IMG/VR virus record: IMGVR_UViG_3300037502_002629
Source of the DNA: an uncultured virus (IMG/VR IMGVR_UViG_3300037502_002629)
Taxonomy: Duplodnaviria > Heunggongvirae > Uroviricota > Caudoviricetes
DNA: 64,000 bases
Strand: one strand, 5' to 3'
Positions 57,744 to 64,000 of the stretch are shown here, in pieces. The notes under the pieces were generated by a model. It did not search any database. It saw only the letters and a program-made list of their open reading frames with translations, and was not told the origin of the DNA. Each line of letters starts with the position of its first letter. Position 1 is the first letter of the stretch. Both the position numbers and the translations under genes were made by a program.

Positions 57744-60551
57744 ATGGCTACATATATAAAAGGAGTTACTGATGTTTTACCTGGGCCAAAAGCAATGGCT
57801 CCAGATTATGCATTGCTCTCAACAGCACTTACTACTCTTCAAAATAAGTACGACAAAGGCTTTGATCAAGTAAAGTCCATGTACACCTCACTGATTAACA
57901 GTGGGTTATCGTCATCTGATAATGAAAAGTTTAGGCAGGATTATTTGAAAAAAGCAGATAGTTATTTGAGTCAGTTATCAGGTGTAGATTTATCTAATGC
58001 TAATAATGTTTCACAAGCTCTGCGTTTGTTTGATCCACTTATCGATGATAAGCAGTACTCCAGAGATTTGTATTTAACAAAAGCCCAGGATAATGAGATC
58101 CAAAAAATGCGTTCAGTAAAGCAAAGTACTGATCCTAAGGTCTATGCTCAATATAATCCTACTATGGAAGAATATCTTATGATAGGAAAAGAGCGCCTTA
58201 GTGAAATGAAGCGGGATGATGGGTCTATTGAAAGAGCTTCTTACAATCAGTTTATACCCTGGCAAGATCCTATTGAGTATGCAAAAGAAGTTGCTGGTAA
58301 AGAAGGGTTAGAAGTTAAATACACAGAACAAGATGGGTATTATTTGATTAAAACTGTAAATGGTCAACGATCAGAAAATACCTTTAAAAATTGGTTTCTT
58401 AATACAGTAGGTAATAGGTTTGATAATCAGTTTAGAATTGAAGGTGTTGTACGTCATGAGCGTGAAATAAGAAGTACCATGGCGCAGAATCCTAATATGA
58501 ATAGGGGGCAGGCTATTGAAAAACTTGCACAGGATTTTTCTGGTAAGTATCTTACTGCTTATGACGAACAGATTAGCGAATTGCAACAAACCGCTGATGA
58601 AATTGATCGTACTATACGCCTGACAAAAAGAGCTAGTCCTAATGGAGCTGATGCTAAGACATTAGCTTACTTAGATCAGTTAAGTAATAGACGTACAGAG
58701 GCTTTAAATCTTAAAAACAAACTCAGCCAAGATCGTGGTAATGATGATGCACTAAAAGCAAAAGGTGCTCAGATGTATACAACAAACGCCGCGGGCTTAT
58801 ACATGGATGAAATTAAAAAAGATTACGCCAGGCGTTTTGCGTATAATCAAGCATATGGTAAACAATCATATGATATAGAAGCAGATCAGGTCAAGTTGCA
58901 ATTTGGTTTACAGAATGATAGGCAAGCTCATGATTGGGCAATGGAAAAAGCAAGGCAAAACTTTGAGCTAGAAAAACAACGAAGAGATCAAGAAGCAGCA
59001 GTGCAGCTTGCTCTTCTTAAAAAAGAAATACCTGGTGTAGATACAGGTGCTCAAATTGGACAAGCACAGGATGTAGGAGCATATTCATTAGATCAGACTT
59101 ATAACAGACTTGTATCTCAATCATTTACTAATGGATTGAAAGCATATGCTGATCCCCAGGTGTTAGCTGTAGCTGGTGGATATAATATCAGCAAAGGTGG
59201 TGTAATAGCAGCCCCAGCGAATAGTGTTGATATCTCAAATGTTAGTGCTGCTATCACAAACGTTGCAAACAACAAACCGTTAACAACAGCTCAGAAATCA
59301 CAATTAGTCACCTATCTTAATGGATTAGGAACAGGTAAAACCTATACTCAAAATAGTAATATAACTTTTGCAGAAATTCAAGCAGGCATAACCCAAGCAG
59401 TAAGAAAGAATAAAAATAACTATCCTGATTTGGCAGTTCAAATAACCAGATCATTGGATGCATCTGCGTCAGCTAGAACAGAGTATGCCAATATGTATAA
59501 TCAAAATAATAAACACTTGTATGATCTTTATCGCACTGATTCTGCAGCACAACCATACATTAAGTTTACAGCAAATGGTGTCTACTCTATTAACTATGAT
59601 AAGTTAAATGATCTTGATGCAGAAGAAAGAGCGGCTATGTTGGAGAAACTAATTCCTGATGCAGAGATGGTCAGATCTAAGTCTTCTACGCAAATGAATA
59701 CTATTGTGCTTAATCCTTCTGATCCTGATAAGTTTGATTATAATATATTGGCCTCAGTTATTAATAATGCTACAAACATTGGTGTAACTGTTGAAGGTGA
59801 GTTAAACGAATATGATGAAGATCAAATCCGTGAGTTTAGAGAAAAAGTTGTCGGATCTGAAAATATGAAAGCAGTTTTTGATCCTAATCAAACTACTTAT
59901 CAGCGAGTAGCATATAATAATCAAGATTATATTAAGGTCACCATTCCAGTGAAGCGCGACGCCACTAGTGGAAAAAGCATGGCTACAAAGATGTCTTTTG
60001 ACTTATCTAAGGATATTGCAACCAGTAATAATATTGAGTTTTATGTTCCTGTTAGTAAAGTACGTTCAATAGCAGGTAATGATGCTACCTATAGAGATGT
60101 AACAGGTAATATAAAAACTATACCCAATGATCTTAGAAAGATGCTGATGAGTATGGCAGGTGAAAGTCTTGTAGGTCAACCTCTTAGCTGGGTAAGTCGT
60201 GGTGGACTTTTAAAAGATGGTAAATCGCTATTACCTGAAAATGATTATGGATATAAAATAAGAGGTGGTTCTGTTGTTCGCACAGGAGCAGATGAGAATG
60301 AACTACGTCTTAATGTATATACTGATGATGGTAAATACCAATCAGTAAGTATAACAGACCAAACAGGTATTACATTTAATGAGCTTCAAATGAATCCAGG
60401 AATGTATGATGATAAGATACGAGGCTTTGTCGATAATATAGTTGCATCGTATGATGCACGCGTTACACAAGCAGCTCAGCAACAGCATACTACTAATAAA
60501 CTTAAGACTGGTTTAACACCTTGGAGTAAAACCCAATACGCTAATTACTAA
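57744..60551 (+). CDS. virion cargo/ejection protein
   Basis: 935 aa, helical; cargo-module position. Confidence 0.7.
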   Translation: MATYIKGVTDVLPGPKAMAPDYALLSTALTTLQNKYDKGFDQVKSMYTSLINSGLSSSDNEKFRQDYLKKADSYLSQLSGVDLSNANNVSQALRLFDPLIDDKQYSRDLYLTKAQDNEIQKMRSVKQSTDPKVYAQYNPTMEEYLMIGKERLSEMKRDDGSIERASYNQFIPWQDPIEYAKEVAGKEGLEVKYTEQDGYYLIKTVNGQRSENTFKNWFLNTVGNRFDNQFRIEGVVRHEREIRSTMAQNPNMNRGQAIEKLAQDFSGKYLTAYDEQISELQQTADEIDRTIRLTKRASPNGADAKTLAYLDQLSNRRTEALNLKNKLSQDRGNDDALKAKGAQMYTTNAAGLYMDEIKKDYARRFAYNQAYGKQSYDIEADQVKLQFGLQNDRQAHDWAMEKARQNFELEKQRRDQEAAVQLALLKKEIPGVDTGAQIGQAQDVGAYSLDQTYNRLVSQSFTNGLKAYADPQVLAVAGGYNISKGGVIAAPANSVDISNVSAAITNVANNKPLTTAQKSQLVTYLNGLGTGKTYTQNSNITFAEIQAGITQAVRKNKNNYPDLAVQITRSLDASASARTEYANMYNQNNKHLYDLYRTDSAAQPYIKFTANGVYSINYDKLNDLDAEERAAMLEKLIPDAEMVRSKSSTQMNTIVLNPSDPDKFDYNILASVINNATNIGVTVEGELNEYDEDQIREFREKVVGSENMKAVFDPNQTTYQRVAYNNQDYIKVTIPVKRDATSGKSMATKMSFDLSKDIATSNNIEFYVPVSKVRSIAGNDATYRDVTGNIKTIPNDLRKMLMSMAGESLVGQPLSWVSRGGLLKDGKSLLPENDYGYKIRGGSVVRTGADENELRLNVYTDDGKYQSVSITDQTGITFNELQMNPGMYDDKIRGFVDNIVASYDARVTQAAQQQHTTNKLKTGLTPWSKTQYANY

Positions 60552-60552
60552 T

Positions 60553-63500
60553 ATGGAGAATATCCTTAGTTCAGAAAGTGCTGAATTTAATCCCATTGAT
60601 GTTCCATTAATATTTTCAGGAGACACTGACTCTCCTACTCCTGGTGGTGATAACAATCCTCAAGTTTCAGCAAGTAGCAATAGACCAACAGAAGACCCTT
60701 TTACAGCTGCAGTGGGGGATGCAACCAAGTCTTTTCAGCAGACCCAAGCAACAGACTTAATTACTAGCAGTACATACGATCCTGAAATAAAAGAAAGATA
60801 CAAAGGAGATCCTAGTATATACAATGATTATTTTGATCCTTATTCTGATAATGAGAGTGTCGCTTATCGTAATTGGGATACATGGGATGCAATTGGTTCA
60901 GCATTAGGAGGCTTTAAAGATAATTTTGCAGCTGCATATAGCGAATCTGCTTATACATGGGTGCGTGCTGGTAAAGCGCTTTTTAACATGGACGTTGATT
61001 ATCTTTCACCTACTATTGAGAATCTTGATGAAATGTCATACGCACAACGGCGTGCACAAATCGAGAATCCGATATTTTATGCACCTGGTGAAGAAGATGA
61101 TATTTTATCAAAGGGGTTTTTAGCAGAAGCTATCAGTAACTTAGGTTTTACTTTTGGTACTATAAGCGAAGTTATTACAGAGCAAGTAATCACAAAAGCT
61201 ATTGAAGCTGGTTTAACTGCTACAGGAGTAGGTGCAGGTGCAGCTGCAGGTTTAGAGGCTGCAGCGGATGTTCAAGCTGCCACCAAGTTGGGTAGAATGT
61301 GGAAACAACTATCTAGTCTGTTTACAGCTAAAGCTCTGGGCAAATCTGAGACATTAATCAATGCTGCAAAAAGTGAAGCAGATGATCTATCAATAGATTA
61401 TTTAACACAGTTTTCAGGGGATGTAACAAGCATGGCTCATAGTCTAAATGCTATGAATAATGTAGTAACCAATGGTGTTAGGTATAGCAAAGGATTTTTA
61501 GACAATGCTTTGTCTGTAGCAAGCAAGGTACCATTTGTAGGTGAAGTCGCTGATGCTGCACGTATAGCAAGAGCTGGCAAAGGAATACTGAATTCTGAGG
61601 AAATAATAAGATTAGGTGCAGGTGGTTTACGACGCTCGTTTGCGGAATGGCAAATGGCAGCAGGTGAGGCAGCGATTGAAGCTGGAGGTAACTACAAAGA
61701 ACTAATGGATAAAATGACCGATGATTTTCGTACTGAAAATAATCGCGGTCCATCTGCAGAAGAGCTGCAGGGTATGAAACAAATAGCCCTTAAGAGTTCC
61801 ACTATTGATTTTGGAACTAATGCAGCTATTTTGGGTGTAATGAACAAACTCACATTTGGTAATCTTTTAGGAAAGTTTGCAACTGATAGTAAAAAAGTAG
61901 CGGCCATAAAAGACTTCATTACAAGTAACGCAGCAAAAAAAGGTGTTTACACAGTAATGGATAAAGCTGCAAACAAAGCAGTTAATTATCAGCTTGGCAC
62001 CTTAGGTGTTTTAGGTATTCTTCCTAAGATATCAAGTGACTTTACAAAAAAACAAGCGTTATGGGAGTTTGGTAAAAGTACTTTAAGAGGGGTAACGCGT
62101 ATTGAAGTAGCAGAAGGTATACAGGAAAATTTACAGGAAGGCACTAACGAAGGTCTTATTGACTATTATTATAGTATCTATAAGAATGACGTAGCAGACT
62201 GGGGGCAAAGTTTTAATGAAGCGCTTGCTTCACAAACTACAAAGCAGGGTGCAAAGACCTTTTTGATGGGTGCTCTTACTGGTATTTTTTCAAGACCAGG
62301 AATGATGGCTATTGAGAAAATACAAGAATCAAAGTATCTTAATCCTTCATATGCTGCTCATAAAGAATCAGTGGCAGAAAGCTTAGAGTTTTTAAATAAA
62401 TTCTATGATCCTAAAAATATGGAAAATACCATGAAGGAAGCTGTTAAACAGATTAAACTTCAAAGTACTTTTTCAGAAGCGATGGTTAGTTCAATATCAC
62501 TTAATGATAAACTTCAGTATTATAATAATCATGACTCTGCTGTAATTAAAGCAATAATGCACGCTAAACGTACTGGTACACTTGATACGTTAACTGCTAT
62601 GTTAGGCGGATATGGTACTAACTTTAATGAAGCGCAGTTTAAAGAAGCCTTTGGATATACACCTAAAGAACTAGGTAAAAGCAGTGTGTCTGATGTAATG
62701 AGCAGTATTGCTGACTCTGCTCAAAAATACAGTGACATATACGACAAGTATAGTACTAAATTTAGTCTTTTACTAAGCGCAGGAGATTTGATAAAAGATC
62801 CTAATGCAAAAGCTAAGTTCGAAGTAAGAAAAGCTGCGTTATTAGATGCAATATCCACCGTTGCCTTTATAGGATCTAAATCACAAGCTGTCTTAGACAG
62901 AGCGGCTAACATAGTACAGCGTCTTGCGAAACACGAATCAATTGGTCAAAGTTTGGCTACTTCATTCCAAACTTTAACAAACAATGACAAACTATCCAAT
63001 AGTATATTTTTACTTGAACAGGAGATACGAACCTTAGAGTCAGCGCAGACTGCTGGGACGCCTGTTGATCCAGCGACTAAAGAATTAATAAATAGTAAAT
63101 CAGAAGAACTGGCATTATTGCAGGAAATCCAAGAAACAATGTTTCAAGCTCTTCCGCAAATAAATCCAGAGACTGGTGGTGTTGAAATGTCATATGTGCC
63201 AGATGCTTTTTCACTTGGGCGTGGAAGACTGGGTTATTTATCTCAGATAATGAGTAGATATTTTACTATCAAAAATGCTCAAAATGGTAATAGTACTGTA
63301 GTTACAAAAACTGATGTAGACGGCGCAATACAGGACATATATGATTATATGATTTTAGGTAGAGACCATCAAGAGTATAGTGATGCTGTCAACATGCTTA
63401 ATGATCCTGAGACTTTTGGCAAGTATCATGAGCGTATTATGGATGCCAGAGTTGCAGCTCATGCCAGATTATTTTACGATGACATTCAAAAACTAGCGGA

Positions 63501-63999
63501 GATAAGCGAAGTAGCTAAAAAGTGGGTACAAGATAACCAGGATATTTTGGATAAATTGCTTAAGTTCTCAAAAATGCCCAGTGGTACTTATGCTAATTTA
63601 GCTGAACTAGAAAAAATAAGAAAACTAATCTTAGAGAAAACAAAAGAATTTAGGACTGGGGCAGCTGCAGCAACTGCTAAACCTGCAGAATCAGCTGGTT
63701 CTATGACTGACGAAGAACGAGCTGCGATTATTCAAAAAAACAAACAGGTTAAGCCTGCTGCTGATTTACATGATAATCCAGCTACGCGGGATGAAGCCAA
63801 TGAGTATATGGCGTCTAGATATGATCTAGAAGAGATTGAAAAGAATTTTTCTTTTACCAGTACTGATCCAAAGCTAAGAAGTGTAAAACGTTATTACTTT
63901 AATGAAAAGGGTGAACGTGTGCCTTATGGTACTGTAACTGTTGCTAGTGAATGGAATTTTGGACTAGGTAATGTTCCCGTAGATAATATGGAGTCTTTG
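60553..63999 (+). CDS. giant virion cargo protein, 5' part (runs off window)
   Basis: Starts MENILSSESAEFNPIDVP; absent from the track, consistent with no stop before the window end. G/A-rich hydrophobic helices. No RNAP motif seen in this part. Confidence 0.75.
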   Translation, partial: MENILSSESAEFNPIDVPLIFSGDTDSPTPGGDNNPQVSASSNRPTEDPFTAAVGDATKSFQQTQATDLITSSTYDPEIKERYKGDPSIYNDYFDPYSDNESVAYRNWDTWDAIGSALGGFKDNFAAAYSESAYTWVRAGKALFNMDVDYLSPTIENLDEMSYAQRRAQIENPIFYAPGEEDDILSKGFLAEAISNLGFTFGTISEVITEQVITKAIEAGLTATGVGAGAAAGLEAAADVQAATKLGRMWKQLSSLFTAKALGKSETLINAAKSEADDLSIDYLTQFSGDVTSMAHSLNAMNNVVTNGVRYSKGFLDNALSVASKVPFVGEVADAARIARAGKGILNSEEIIRLGAGGLRRSFAEWQMAAGEAAIEAGGNYKELMDKMTDDFRTENNRGPSAEELQGMKQIALKSSTIDFGTNAAILGVMNKLTFGNLLGKFATDSKKVAAIKDFITSNAAKKGVYTVMDKAANKAVNYQLGTLGVLGILPKISSDFTKKQALWEFGKSTLRGVTRIEVAEGIQENLQEGTNEGLIDYYYSIYKNDVADWGQSFNEALASQTTKQGAKTFLMGALTGIFSRPGMMAIEKIQESKYLNPSYAAHKESVAESLEFLNKFYDPKNMENTMKEAVKQIKLQSTFSEAMVSSISLNDKLQYYNNHDSAVIKAIMHAKRTGTLDTLTAMLGGYGTNFNEAQFKEAFGYTPKELGKSSVSDVMSSIADSAQKYSDIYDKYSTKFSLLLSAGDLIKDPNAKAKFEVRKAALLDAISTVAFIGSKSQAVLDRAANIVQRLAKHESIGQSLATSFQTLTNNDKLSNSIFLLEQEIRTLESAQTAGTPVDPATKELINSKSEELALLQEIQETMFQALPQINPETGGVEMSYVPDAFSLGRGRLGYLSQIMSRYFTIKNAQNGNSTVVTKTDVDGAIQDIYDYMILGRDHQEYSDAVNMLNDPETFGKYHERIMDARVAAHARLFYDDIQKLAEISEVAKKWVQDNQDILDKLLKFSKMPSGTYANLAELEKIRKLILEKTKEFRTGAAAATAKPAESAGSMTDEERAAIIQKNKQVKPAADLHDNPATRDEANEYMASRYDLEEIEKNFSFTSTDPKLRSVKRYYFNEKGERVPYGTVTVASEWNFGLGNVPVDNMESL

Positions 64000-64000
64000 C

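Noticed and set aside
8601..64000. Stop-codon reassignment as in some crAss-like phages
   Set aside because: Genes are long and tightly packed in the standard code. The portal ends at TAG and several genes end at TGA overlapping the next start.

Overview
This window is most likely part of a crAss-like (Crassvirales-type) podophage infecting Bacteroidota, read in the standard genetic code. Positions ~1-5330 hold small minus-strand (probably early) genes organised as promoter-gene-terminator cassettes. From ~5600 to the end is one plus-strand late block: HU/IHF-like and nuclease genes, terminase, portal, scaffold-like protein, major capsid protein, a ferritin, Cys-rich and fibre/spike proteins, a GH24 lysozyme, ring and muzzle tail proteins, and large cargo (ejected) proteins, the last of which runs off the window. 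The most notable unexplained structure is a six-copy bipartite element upstream of the early genes: a template-strand DNA hairpin (stem-C-GA-RC-GCA-GY-GA-G-stem, with compensatory changes) 11-13 nt from an ATAG(A/G)TGAAG box. I propose it as a hairpin promoter for the virion RNA polymerase. Also seen: a consensus parS site, an atypical tRNA-like RNA, several structured non-coding elements, a four-copy 17-bp palindrome at late promoter regions, and di-glycine motifs punctuating the cargo proteins. All functional calls come from motif recognition and gene order by eye; no database searches were run.
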